A stretch of DNA of 64,000 nt from Macrostomum lignano (Eukaryota), in NCBI GenBank assembly GCA_002269645.1, contig NIVC01001518.1, positions 186,001-250,000 of the forward strand. Reading direction: 5' to 3'. How positions within the stretch are numbered: the stretch's first letter is position 1; the number at the start of each line of letters is the position of its first letter. Below, piece by piece: positions 1-12,992 of this stretch. The translations under genes and the position numbers were made by a program. Below the pieces are notes generated by a model, which worked only from the letters and a program-made list of their open reading frames with translations, did no database searches and was not told the DNA's origin.

Positions 1-893
1 ATCGACAAACCCAGTGGGCAACGAAGGCTTGTGCAACAACCGTACGGGTGATCGATTGCAATGGGATTGCTTCGACCCAGCGGGAGTACGAGTCCACGAT
101 GGTTAGTAAATACCGCGGCTGGGTGCAGCTGTTTTAGTTGGGTCCGGCACCGGGAGCGGTCCGACTAAATCCATGTAGACCGTTGTGAACCGCTGTGTAG
201 GTGCAGGCAGGTGGTGCAGTGGTCGACGAACATGACGACCGATTTTTGCTGATTGACATTGTGTGCATTCTGCAGTCCAGCGCTGTATGTCTGACTTCAT
301 GCATGGTCAGAAAAAACGATGGGCGACTAAACGCAGTGTGGCCTTCACACCTGGGTGGGCGATGTCGTGCAGTGCTAGTACAATCTGACGACGCATGTGC
401 TCTGGTATGAACGGTCGTGGGTTTCGTTGCCAAGTTTCGCAGTACAGGGGACAATCTGCTAACCCGACGTCGAATGGGTGGTAACGGTCACCGCTCGTGA
501 GCCCCGCTTCTCGCTGTGCCTTGGCGATCGCAGGGAGATCTGCGGGCAACTGCAATATGTGCGCGTCTTCCGATTGAACAGTGTTGACTGCTCGCCAGGT
601 TTGACGGTGTCTCGAGATAAGGTATCGGCGACCACGTTTTTGGTTCCCGGGATGTGAATGATGTCGATCACATATTCTGAGATGGTGGCCAACTGGCGCT
701 GCTGCCAATCGGATAGGCGCTCCTTATTGCTGTTGAATGCACCGACTAACGGCTTGTGGTCGCTAAACACGGTCGTGGGTGGCCGTGAATGATGCGTCGC
801 CATGTCTTGACGGCGGCAAACACGCCTAGAAGTTCACGGTCGAACGCGCTGTATGCCGTTTCCGCTTTGATGACCTTGCGTGAATACAACGCC
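1..893 (-). mobile_element. Ty3/Gypsy LTR-retrotransposon pol fragment (RNase H, integrase zinc finger and start of integrase core), frameshifted
   Basis: Minus-strand pieces read YSRK..AETAYSAFDRELL and SDHKPL...WQQRQL (RNase H), HDIAHPG...CTQCQ (HHCC), MDLVGPLP and RYLLTIVDSYSRWVEAIP (rve core, running off the left edge). They lie in several different frames. Confidence 0.9.
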
Positions 894-895
894 TT

Positions 896-958
896 CATTT
901 TGGCGACGCGGGCACTCATTTTGGCGCCGCAGGAACTCATTTTTGCACCGCAGGAACT
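896..958 (+). repeat. Three ~21-bp tandem units (cattttggcgccgcaggaact) abutting the truncated Gypsy
   Basis: Direct reading of the sequence. Confidence 0.7.
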
Positions 959-3673
959 CTGGATATATTTGTATATTTGTCTGGAATAAGTAGAAAGTTT
1001 AAAAAGTACTACTGTAAAGTTGTAAAACTGCCAAAGTTGGTAGAAGAAACACAAAAGTTAATAAAAAATGTGCTTCACAAAAATAGTGCAGTACCATCGA
1101 AAAATATGACTAATTTTATTTTATTACACAAGAAAACACGCCTGAGGCTGAACCACAGGACAGGTTGACAGAGGAGCAAAATGGCATCGCGACTGGACAG
1201 TACGGCGATGAGGCGGCATGTACATGTAATCTGGATGATGAGCTCCCGGCCGTAACAATAAACAAACAGCGACTCGACATCGCCATTCAGGCTAATGCTG
1301 CTGCGCTCGATGCTACGGCAGCCACCAAGCTTTGTTACTAAGGAGCTGCTAATCGAACTAATAGGTATGAAGGCTTTTCAAACTTAATTTACAATGTCTG
1401 TCACTTCCTTGCAAATATAAAGAAGTGATTATCCTGATTTGAAGTTTTAGGTTTTGCAATTTTATAATAATAAAAGCGCACTAAAGGTTCGCCATTTATA
1501 AAAGTTAAAGTTCAACGGCACATTTATATTTGCTGTTTATTATCATATTTCAGGTCGTGATGCTCTTACATGCGACTCCGGCTCCTATATGCAAGGACTA
1601 CTTAAGTAGAAGGACGCAAGACTCAGAATTGGTGAAAATTTCATTGGAGGCCGATTTTTTCAATGTATCTCCTGTGTACGCTATTGATCGACAATCCTCC
1701 GCCAGTACTGAGGCACAGCTTGAAATGGCGAAGACGCTAGCTGTCCGCGGCGACTTACTCGACGAGCTGCTCGCCCCCTAGAAGCTAAGTGTGTCAGCTA
1801 ACTGCATTCATTTGCAAAAAAATCTTATAACATAAAAAAATTTGGATATAAATGCGATTCCCAAAACACACTGCTTTTTTATTTCTTATTTTCTTCAGTT
1901 TCTACTTATAGACATATTGTGAATACATTCACGCATTCGCTCTTTCCCACGCGCATCTCCAACTGATCACTGTTCATTTTTCTTGCATTATGGTTAAAAT
2001 TAAATAAAGAAATAATCGAGATTGGAGACCGTGTAAAAATTGAGAAAAAATTCTACGTTTTTGTCATTAAACAGACTCGTATCCGTGATAAGAGTTATGT
2101 ACTTTTGTTAAATTTAATAGTGTGAGAGCTAGCGTTGCTACGGCGGGCAAAAAACGGCTGAGATTTGGCGTCAGGGCTTCTAAATATGAAATTCCACATT
2201 TACTACTACTGCAAAAAACTTTGCGCACTACTAACTGCAGTAGATAAATTCGGACATAACTCCTAAATTTTCGCGACGCTCATTAAATTAAACAATTCTT
2301 CCGTCTTCCTACTTTAACTAGGAATGTCTTCCGACTTACCTGATTGGCTGGCTAACATGGAAGAATAGAGTGATTTTAAACTGGGAATATGGCTTTCATT
2401 TTCTATGCGGGCCGCCTGCCTCAAAGGAACCAAAGCCGGGGACAAACGAAAAAAACACCGTGGTAGCCTCACCTACGTCACACATCGAACTTTCGCGAAG
2501 GTCACTACAAGTTAATATGTCTAAAGCCGCCCTGTGCGCTTTTCTAGAAACTAGTAGGGCTTTTTCGTGGCAAGATGTTTATGTATAATGTTCTTTACTG
2601 CGTCTACATCTGCATGATGTTAAATAGAGCATACTTGAGCATGACCCCTACACCACAAACTCAAATTTATACAGGAAAAAAAACAAATTTTGTCATGATC
2701 TATATATGCCAGACGTTAGGCCCCCCCTATAAAAAAATTACATTGCAACAATTGATCAATTAGCCAAGGTGGCAAATTGGCAAAACCAAGCATAATGGCA
2801 TTAAGCTAAACATACAGGTAAGCAATTCTTAATACATTAAGTAACTTACTATTTTTATTATAGGCCTATAACTATAACTTATAAGTTATCTTCATCAAGA
2901 AGAATAACTTTTTATTTATTGTCTCAGTTAGAATATTAGGTTTAGTTCCTCCAGTCTAGTAATCTTTAGTTGAGTTCAAACATTGCTACTAAGAAGTTAA
3001 GATAATTAGCATACCTAACTATGCTAATAAATTTAATATTTTTTTCTAATCTAATGTTATTTAAATAGTTTTTGCTATTTTGTACCAATATTTTTTTGGC
3101 ATTAAAATTCCTTATATATATGCCATGACCATGTACTAGGCCTATAATAGTTTTATTTTTATCTTTTCTATTTCTAACTGATACCAATTGAGGATACAGC
3201 AGGGTTCTAGAGTTTTAAAAATTGTTGATATTTTTATTTCTAATATGACTATGACTTTTTGGACAAAAAATGAAATGCAATAATGAATTTGCTTGAGCCT
3301 CATTCCAGATAAGATGGACATATTTGGAAAATAGAAAAAAGTCAGTATTTTTGCTTGCTTTTGCTTTTGCTTTTGTATTTTTTGACAGGATGTCAAAAAT
3401 CCTGTTGTTCCAACCATAAGTGCCATTCAAGGTTTAATAGGATCTATACTAATGATGATATCTAAATGAATCTATATAAATATATTCTTGACAAAATAAT
3501 CCTTTCTTTGAAATATTGGTTTAGTATATTCTATTATTAGATTTCATTTTATAAGTAGAAATAGCCTCTCATGTTACGACCATAATTAGATAGAATGGTC
3601 CTTGAGATGGCCTATGCATGAGGAAAAATGAATAACTATATAATGTTACTACATGTCTTTGACACCCCCTCAG

Positions 3674-3875
3674 CTTTGGTACACAATCATTTGAATGGTA
3701 GCAATACATGTAAATGATCGTGAACTGAAGCTAGTATATATTGATTCAGTACATTTGAGATTTTTTTGATTTTAGATAAAGCTTGTAGAACACTAAAACC
3801 CTATTATACACACGCTAGCTTCAGTTTACGATCATTTACATGTATTGCTTCCATTTAAATGATCATAAACCAAAG
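3674..3875. repeat. Imperfect ~62-bp inverted repeat (3674-3735 / 3814-3875), with a third diverged copy at ~3949-4015
   Basis: ctttggtacacaatcatttgaatggtagcaatacatgtaaatgatcgtgaactgaagctag is nearly the reverse complement of gctagcttcagtttacgatcatttacatgtattgcttccatttaaatgatcataaaccaaag. Confidence 0.75.
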
Positions 3876-6800
3876 TGGATATATAGCTAGGATCGTCTTC
3901 ATGGATTCATTTTTGGAAATTGATTTCAAGCACTAACCCCTTTACACATGCTAGCTTTGGTTCACGATCATTATATATTGATTCCATTTAAATGATTGTA
4001 AACTGAAGTGGATATATAGTACTTTACTCACTTTTATGACATACCAAATAGATAGTACATGATAAGGCCCAGTGGCCCACAATGTCCATCAGGTTTAACT
4101 TTGACCCTTCAAAAAAAGAGAATTTTTAGATAGAAATTCGTTTCTTATGGGTACCAAATGGAGAAGTACTGTTGGCTTTATAGCGAAAGACGAAGCCATC
4201 CATAGTATTGCAGGCAGGCGTTATTTTCATTGCAATATCGCATGTTGAACACTGCAGTGTCTTGGCTAGGAGACCTTCGTGAAGTGATACATTTTGGCTC
4301 TAGAAAGTTCCCATCCAGATTAAATGAATTATAACCAATGAATGCACTCCAAATAGCAAAAGCTGAGGACACGACCCCAACCTCAACCAATGAAAAGCAG
4401 TTATATACCATCCAATGCAATAAGACTGAAAATTACTATAAACAGCTCATGTTGACCAAGCAAGAAGCTTGCCTCTCTTTCGCCCTTCTCCTAGCCTACC
4501 CCCTTTGACTACTTTTGATTGACACAGTTAGGGTTTTAGCCCAAATGCTAAAACTGATAAATTGACTCACTAAAGCTAAATCACCACCCAATCCACATTC
4601 TACAATAGACTGAACCTTTGGTTCACCCGAACAATTAGAAACCCCTTATAACTTTAGCTGAACAAGCTTCTTATTTGGAATTCCATCTTAGACACTATAT
4701 TTGGTAAGATAACATCTCGAGATTGTGACCATCAAATACAATGGTCTGTAAGTTAACATCAAGTGTTAGCATCATCAGGAGAAGTCAGATAAATCCGCTG
4801 CCACACTTATTTGGCTCTCACATTGATATTGAAATAGTCATAGAACCATAGGAGTGAGAGACCAGAAGAAGAACAATAATATAAAAAATATTTTAAAATA
4901 TTTCATTCAGGTTAAAGAATAGTAATCCAATTCTCCTTGTCCTTATCTATAAATCTCCAGGCCATTGGAGACACTAGATCTTCTATTCCATTTAGTTTTT
5001 CTAGTGAACCAAACATGCCTGGTTTTCTTATTTTTGAATAGGCCATTATCGCTGAAATGGAAATTTGCATGAGGATTGTGAACCGAAATTTGGGTGGAAA
5101 AATTATCCTAAACCAAAGTAATACCAAATAAGGAATGCCGCCATACTTCGCACTTTGAGGCTTACCAGCAAACAGAGAGACTGACAACATCACAAGCAAC
5201 GCTTTTGCAATCACTAGACTGGCATGGAATTCAGCTCAAAGTGCTGTTGTGTAGCTACGTAGTACCTGCAACTATACAGTGCAATCTCTTATGGATCAGC
5301 AAACGCACCAGGTTTCCAGTAGATGACCAAGTTGCAAATCGATGGCGGAAAAAAGAAAATCGACTTGGACATCAAAGCCATTCATGTCGTCCTTCTTTGC
5401 GACATGAAGATACGACACGTTTACGGTGGATTTCCATTCCAGACAGTGAGCTGACTCTATACCCTACCTCATTGCACATGACCTAAAAAATTTGGTTGTT
5501 TGCAGTGACGAAGATGCTGATAATCTATCTATCTGAACTGCAGCCATTCAGCTGCACTGATAGTGAGCCACCACAGGCCGAAGAGCAACAGGCAATGCCA
5601 GCAGCCAACAGCTCAGCCAACCAAGGTCATGCTGAACAACGAAGCAAATGACATCATCTCTCAGCTGCGCAGCAAATTCCGCCACCAAAAAACACCATCC
5701 AACAGATTCAAGCACGAATAGAAAAAGCCAAAGCATTCCAGTCAAGCAGCAGCTCAGCAGCTGCATATAGTCGTCTGATGAAGGTCAGGCGTGATTTTTG
5801 CACCCGCGGCATGCATGCGCTGGACTTAGGCGGACATTGCATACTCGATTCAGTGGCATCACAAAGGTTGGTCAGTTTTCATACTGATCCGCAAAAAGTG
5901 GACTACCTGGGAGTTGCAACTTGACAATGCAATCGATCCTTGCTGTCAAAGTTTGATGTATCCACTACCATGACTCGACGTCCCGCAACGGCAAAGACAA
6001 CAACTGCGAGGCTGCTATCACAGCAGCCTGGCCGGGCACCCACCAGTGCCGGAGACTGCATTACTACCAAAGCGGGTCTATCGAACTCAAGCAGGCACCA
6101 CAGCAGCAGCTGCTTCAAGAAAAGCTAGACTCCTGGCAGGGTGCAAGCAATAATGCCTCGCAAGAAGCTGCTGAATGCGTTAGTAAATATTTGCTAAAGC
6201 AAAGTCTAGTTCTTCACTGTCAGCTATGCAACTCTTTGCCTACAACATCCGCACCTGCAGGGTTCAATCCAGCACAAGACATACATGTACTTACATGCAT
6301 CCCGCGGGTTTACTGTTGCCCTCGACGGTAATGCTTGTTGCATTTATATGAAGATGGAGACCGCGCGTTCGCAGCCCTGGCACCCAGTTTTATAATCCAG
6401 CCACGGGTGACAGCTCGGTTTGTGAAACACCTCGGCACAATTAGCAAACTGCATCACACGCCGGGGCTCAATCAGGCTTTTGAAACATTCGCTCACGACC
6501 GCTGGTACCCTCTCGTGAGATTAGGAATCTGCGTGCACTGGCTCAGAAAAAGAAAATCATGCGCAAGATTAGCAAGCTAAACTAACTTTGTCACATTAGC
6601 TAGTGTAGCTCAAGAACTTATTTTTTTTAATTCTGCAGTGAACCAAATATATTTTCTATATATTACGAGTATAAATATTTGCCGATTTAATGTTCTCGTT
6701 TCTCACTTGCAGTGCCTAAAAATATTGCTTGAATGTTTGCTACTATATAGTAAATGATGAAAGATAATCATCAGTAAGTGAACTAGGTGTGAAATTATAT

Positions 6801-9554
6801 AAAACTCACGGAATTAAATATTAAGCGAACCCTAACTTCGCTACTGACAAGTAGTCTATCGCGGATATGAAATCTATAGTGCCGAACAGAAATAGGCTAG
6901 TTGTCTCGCGTGCCCTATAATTTTCCTTGGGCCCTATGTCTCGCGGGACTCTAGATTTCTGCTAGGCTCTTTTTCTGACTGCAGACTATGAATCACTTGG
7001 AATTTTGACCGGTAATGACTCAGACGGGCTCAATGTCAACAAACTCTTAGCGAGCGGAGTGACTAGTTTCTCTATTTCCGCTGACAATAGTCCCAAATAA
7101 CTTATACTCTTGGTAGCTGTGATAATATGGCCTAAGGCTATACTGCTTATACTGCACCAGCAACAAAGAGCGTGAGATGGTCTGATAGAGTAATGCCAAT
7201 GATTTCTTGATAAACTATGTTCCCTGATAAACCGATATTTAATCCCAAAGCTAAATAAATCACAAAAGGTAATTTGCTGCCACCAATCGAAGCTATTATT
7301 AAATTGACCGAGCCAAGCCGTTTCTCAAAGAAAAATTGATTTAATTGAACTTGGTAACTAAAATTGAACTTTGAAATAATAATAAGTTGACAAATGTAAT
7401 TATGAACGATAAATTAACTAGCGCACCAGCAGTAAAACATTAATAAAGACTTAACAATAAATAGTTACCAAAAACACATAAATATAAGCTCGGCCTACTG
7501 TGTCCTTACTAACATAGTCTGTTAGAGCTAATAATATTTAGGTCTAGTCTGACTAATCTCAATATGCATAAATTCCAATAGGACTAAGAATCATGTCGAG
7601 TATCGATGTCTAATCACCAATCAATTCGCTAAGGTACTAGGCACTACAGGCCGGGCCTACACAAGCCAATAGTAGCTATAGACAAAACACACAGCGAGGA
7701 GTTCCGGAAGAAAAAGGAAGGTAGCCTCTGCAGTGAGTGTGAATGTTAAAGGCTCCACAGTACAACCCCTATTTCGCTTTTTTAGGAGCCATAATTTAAA
7801 AAGTTTTTCCAAGGAAAACTTCTTTAAAGCTTTTAGAAGCTGAAAACTCAGATTGCATTTTGTAATCGGAACTGTACGTGGTGGGTGCGTTAGATCCCTG
7901 TCTAACTCAAACCCTAATATAAAGGGTCATGATATGTTAGAGGAGGCAAAGTCTAGCTGGTCAAAGCCTAACTTTTTATCTTCCGTTCTGCGTTTTAAGC
8001 AGCCCCATACCACATCATTATTTCAAACTTGAATTTAAACTAATGCTGGATAAATTTAATTCTAATATGCCAGAACAGTACATTTTATGTTTCGTAAAAA
8101 TCTGAAAGTAGCTGTTCTGTAAAAAATAAAATATCTCAAAAGTGGCATAATATTAGCGCCCTCCTTCACCAGGCCAAAATATAGCTAGCATGCTCGTTCA
8201 TAAGTAAGTTTTCGGAAATGTGAAGTTTCGGCCTAGTGAAAGAGTGCTTTTCGGCGAAGTGAAATTTCGGCCTAATAAAAGCGCTCCTGATTGGGATGCT
8301 GTGCCTGTGTAAATACTTCATTTGGGATTCGTATTCAAGAGTTCTCGGGTTTTGTTGCAAATGCGAACTGCTTTGAGATGCCAGAAGCAGTAAATACTCG
8401 TAGTTTTTGCTAGACTAACTAGAATTTTACTAAAATTGCAACTAGTTTTAGGATTCCAGAAGACGGGATACGAGCTGCAAAATTTGGAATTGCCATTTCA
8501 ATCTGCATGCGCAGAATTTCTTGCCCATGCTATTGAATTAATGAGGATTTAGAGAAATTGTATGAACTAATTCCAAAGAATTATTACAGATCAGCCAGGA
8601 ATTCCAGGTAACTCGAGTTCTAAGCTCAGATTATAATTAGCTCTCAGTGACAATTAGTTGGTGCACTTATTTTTGTGCATTAAGAGAATGCACACACAAA
8701 AACCTCTTATTAACGCACTGATGTACTACTATAAATTCTCATATTGTCTGTTTGGCAAAGAAACTCTCTCATTCCCTTAAGTTTCGCTTTTGTCTATGTC
8801 CTATCTCTCTGCAGGCATTCGTAAATTTCAGAGCATCGCTCCCCTGTTTTGTTTCCCTAAAATATGCTTGTGCATTAAAGCGAATCGACAGGCTAATAAA
8901 AGTGCATCAGCGCGTTCACGCTGCTCTGATTCCTTAGATAGAATCCATATTTTCCTGACGACTGTACATGAGCCACTTCACTTACAAACGCATGAACATA
9001 CACAGGAATATTTTCCAAAGGGAAATACCCATGCAGCGCCCAGCGTGTCTGAACCCCGAGAGCTCATTGGCTCTCATTGAAGCCAATATGTCAATTTTCG
9101 CGCAAAATTCCATGGAATTCCGCAATTGATCCTTGGAAACCAGGGGCGCAAGCAGCTAGAAGTCCAGTTGCTGACGCCGCTGACACGTGCTGGAGCTTGC
9201 CTGACACCACCACAATCCCGACAACTTGCGCCATCCAGCCTCCGGCCGCTCTGCTGCGATCCGCGTCTCCCGCGCGCCGGTTTGCTGGACGGATCAAACA
9301 GCTGTGCAGTGACGCCTCCTGCCGGTCTTTGATGCTTGACTCCTTGCCCTGGTGTCCTTGAGCCTAGCCCTCCCCAAAACTCCCAAGGAACTCCAACAAG
9401 GGAACAGGGATCAGTGCAGCCTCCTGAGCAGGTGCCACCCGCTGCTAAGCTCTCCAGCAAAGTCGAACCAATCCAGCCTAACTACTTCTAAAATAAACTA
9501 ATACTAACTATTAAAAGCGTACTGTAGTTGAACTATTTGCTTGCTGTAAGCAAG

Positions 9555-9790
9555 CCCCACCAGGGGCTTTAGCACAAGGGGCTTTAGCACCAGGGGCTTT
9601 AGCACAAGGGGCTTTAGCACAAGGGGCTTTAGCACAAGGGGCTTTAGCACAAGGGGCTTTGGCACCAGGGGCTTTAGCACCAGGGGCGCCAGCACCAGAA
9701 GCGCCAGCACCAGTAGCGCCAGCGCCAGGGGCGCCAGCACCAGGGGCGCCAGCACCAGGGGCGCCAGCACCAGGGGCGCCAGCACCAGGG
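9555..9790. repeat. 15-bp minisatellite (caggggctttagcac grading into caggggcgccagcac)
   Basis: About 15 tandem units; the GAPGA/LAPLV/APGAP ORFs here are by-products of the repeat. Confidence 0.9.
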
Positions 9791-9791
9791 T

Positions 9792-9873
9792 GCCTTCGGC
9801 GCCAAAATGAGTGCTTGCGGCGCCAGAATGATTGCCTGCGGCGCCACAATGATTGCCTGCGGTGCGAAAATCA
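9792..9873 (-). repeat. Four ~21-bp units of the same family as 896-958, in opposite orientation
   Basis: Reverse complement reads cattctggcgccgcaagcactcattttggcgccgaaggca. Confidence 0.65.
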
Positions 9874-10673
9874 AAGCCAATTCTTGCGTTGGCTGTGATT
9901 GTTAAGAGATTATTTAGTTATTAATTGTTGTTTTTGTGCTCCTAATTCTAACCTTATTTACCCATACGAACGTCCTGCCCGTTTTAACTTCACACAGAAT
10001 GGGGTACCAAAGCCTCCCTGTGAGTGCCAGTGTGCGGCTACGAAAGGAGTGCAGTCTCTGTACCTTTGAGACTGGAAGTCTTTGAGCGTATAGGACCCTT
10101 CCCGCACTGAGAATCTACATGTAGAAACCAAGGAGCACGTGCCTTCTGGTAAGCTAGATGCGTTGCTTTGTAGGTGCAATTTCCAATTATAACTGATCCG
10201 TTCTATTTTAATAGGTGAATCCGTAATCCCCTTCAAGAATATTCGAGAAATTCCTCTTAATTTCGTACAGCCTCGTCTGTTTGACAAGCTATGAAGCCAT
10301 CCCGTAACATGGAGCTCTAAATACAATCCTTCATTTGGCGATCGCCCAATGCTAGCTCAAATGCTCTTAATCACCTGCACGGAGCCCATGCTTCATTTAA
10401 GTAGAAACAGGATGGTTTGTGATCCTCAACAGCGGTCATTTAATCTATTACTCCCAAACCCACAAGAAAAATCGAAATTCCAAAAAGTTACGCTCCTATT
10501 TTGAGTTCTGATTAATAACTGGTACCAATACGGAAGCGCAGTTACAGGCTAAGCGCGGGCAAATCTTTATATTTGAGGTATCTTTTTGCTCTTCAGCGCA
10601 GTTTTCATGTCTTGCTGGCTGTAACAGAAAATAGAGGAGTCTTCAATAAAACAATAGCAGGTGTTATTGGAGT

Positions 10674-11286
10674 TTATTCATCAGTCTCAGTCATTGAAAA
10701 TTCGATTTTGAGCAGGCATAGCAGGCAGAGAGACAGGCTGAGCATAGCTGATGCAGGCATGGAGTGCGACCGGGAGGCCGAGTTGCACTTGTCCGTTGAG
10801 CACGCGCTGCACGTGACGCCGTATGCAGATTTGGCATCGGTTCCTATAAAGTCATTACCAGCTGAGTTCATAGTAGCACCAATAGACGGCGAATCGCAGG
10901 TTCCACAAGCGCCCACCTCCTGTAAAATTCATTCAGACAAATTAAACAGTGAAACAATTCCTTAAACACTCTTGTCATTATACTCCAGATTGGAGCAGCA
11001 AAATTCGCCAATGTACCTTGTACTCGCCAGCTGCGTAGCCGTGAGTTCGGTAGCACGATGTGACTATATCTGGGCAGTCCAATGGTTTCGACGTGTCCGT
11101 CTTGCTACTCGCGTAGATGTAACACTTAATGCTTTGCGTCAGAGCTGCAATACAATACATGTAAGCAATAATGAACTGGTGGCTTTTTCGACTGACAGAC
11201 ACAATAACAACTTGATAAGGCCGGCGCCAATTCTTACCGATGCACGAGAAAAAAATGAACGCAGTTATGGCGTTGCAGAGCTGCAT
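10674..11286 (-). CDS. Three-exon Ly6/uPAR (three-finger)-like secreted, probably GPI-anchored protein; exons 11286-11238, 11144-11017, 10919-10674
   Basis: Donors G|GTAAGA and AAG|GTACAT and acceptors ttgcag| and ttacag| join in frame. The product reads signal peptide MQLCNAITAFIFFSCIALTQS, then IKCY...C...C...CGTC...CSACSTDKCN (8 Cys), then a hydrophobic tail. There is a phase-1 intron within the signal peptide, as is typical of LU genes. Confidence 0.8.
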
Positions 11287-12296
11287 TTGAGCTGTTTGTT
11301 GTCTTCGAGTGGAATATAAAAGTTGCTTTAAGAGTTACCAATAGGCCACTTGCTTAAGCTATCAAGTTAATATTCTGGAATCAAGTGTCGGCTGGTATTT
11401 AGTCTGAAGATGTGGGCTAATAGGGTTGATGAAGCTCGGCTTCACCCTTGAGCAGCTTTTCTAGCGCAGACCGACCTGTCTCTCAATCTGTGTCTATGGC
11501 CTCAACGCACTGAACAGATTCTGCAACATTAACTACTCAGTTTTACACTAAAATTTTAATTTCATAATATCGAGTATGCTAACGTTATGAAGAGCATTAC
11601 TGTCAGTGGTATATTGAAGATCAAGCATTCCTTTGACGGAGCTATTTGTTGAAAGTATTAGCCAATTGTATCGTATGAATTATTAGTTCAGTACCAGCCA
11701 TTGGTCAAGCGAACATTTATGAAGTTATTACGAGTGAAGAAGGGATAGAGAGCTACAGGAAGACCATCTCCTTCTAAACCACCACGAACAGATTGCTAAT
11801 AGAGATAAGCTTTGTCTGTGTGCAGTATGAGTAAGCGAAGGCGGGGCAAATACTTTTCCACATGCCAGACAGGCAGTATTGTGCTAGGATTTCTCTCGAA
11901 GATGAAATCTCGGTACGTTATTAGTTTTTATCACACCATCCAGATGAGCCAACTAGTCAACAGTAGTCATTTATATGTTATTAGACCTTACAAACCCAGG
12001 TCAGGTAAATATTACAGAGTATTACGTGCACACGCCAACCCCGAATACCAAGCCATACTAGTCTACCTGCAGTACTCCCAGAGGGAAGGGAAGGTCAGGA
12101 GTTACACACCAAGAATGCATTCATACAAAGAGTACACCGCTCGAGCCCAGACACCAAGTCACAGTCTACTTACAGTAGAGATGGTAGATTATTAGCAAGA
12201 TTATATTACAATTAGACCTCCCAAGCACATGAGGAGCGAAATTCAATAATAATACAACATTTAGACGTAGTAATTTAATACCGCTAACGACATTGA

Positions 12297-12870
12297 CTTT
12301 CACAAGCGCTAAACTTCACAAACGCTAAACTTCACAATAGCGAAAGCACCTACTTTCACAAGCGCTAAACTTCACAAGCGCTAAACTTCACAAGCGCTAA
12401 ACTTCACAAACGCTAATCTTCACAAACGCTAAACTTCACAACCGCTAAAACAAAAATTTCGCCTACTTTCACAAACGCTAACCTTTACAATCCCCAAAAC
12501 ACGAATGTCGGCTTCTTTTACAAGCGCTAAAATGTTAGTATACTATAATAATTTCCCTGTCTACTTTGAAAGTTTTGAAGTTTAATTTAACGTTTAGCGT
12601 TTGTGAAGTTTAGCGCTTGTGAAAGTAGCCGACATTTGTGTTTTGGCGTTTGTGAAGTTTAGCGTTTGTGAAGATTAGCGTTTGTGAAGTTTAGCGCTTG
12701 TGAAGTTTAGCGCTTGTGAAAGTAGCCGACATTTGTGTTTTAGCGGTTGTGAAGTTTAGCGTTTGTGAAGTTTAGCGTTTGTGAAGATTAGCGTTTGTGA
12801 AGTTTAGCGCTTGTGAAGTTTAGCGCTTGTGAAAGTAGGTGAGTTAGCGCTTATAAAAATTAGCGCTTGT
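12297..12870. mobile_element. Foldback/MITE-like palindrome made of 16-bp subrepeats (CTTCACAAGCGCTAAA)
   Basis: Left arm ~12297-12530 carries the unit on +, right arm ~12594-12870 carries its reverse complement (tttagcgcttgtgaag), with an AT-rich spacer between. No TSD identified. Confidence 0.7.
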
Positions 12871-12986
12871 GAAGCCTCCCCTACATATCGGGAGGGTGTA
12901 CATATCGGGAGGGTGCGCCTGCGGCTGGACGGCGCTTGGCGCCACGCGTAGTGATTTAGTCATTTAGTAGTGACGTTCAGACGTTC

Positions 12987-12992
12987 CTAGTG
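12987..12992 (+). other. 6-bp target-site duplication CTAGTG (left copy; right copy at 44132-44137)
   Basis: gttcCTAGTG|agtagaagg ... ccttctact|CTAGTGcaagcc; 6-bp TSDs are characteristic of Polinton integrases. Confidence 0.9.

Noticed and set aside
1150-1781. Exon-like segments (donor ag|gtatga ~1365, acceptor tttcag ~1552)
   Set aside because: No coherent or recognisable reading frame could be built.
2966-5214. Short minus-strand ORFs in AT-rich DNA
   Set aside because: No motifs and no consistent frame.
5300-6300. GC-richer, coding-like patch including LLCDMK (transposase-like?)
   Set aside because: Stops in all frames and a single short motif; insufficient support.
9504-9898. Collagen/elastin-like GAPGA ORFs
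   Set aside because: Produced by the 15-bp minisatellite in multiple frames on both strands.
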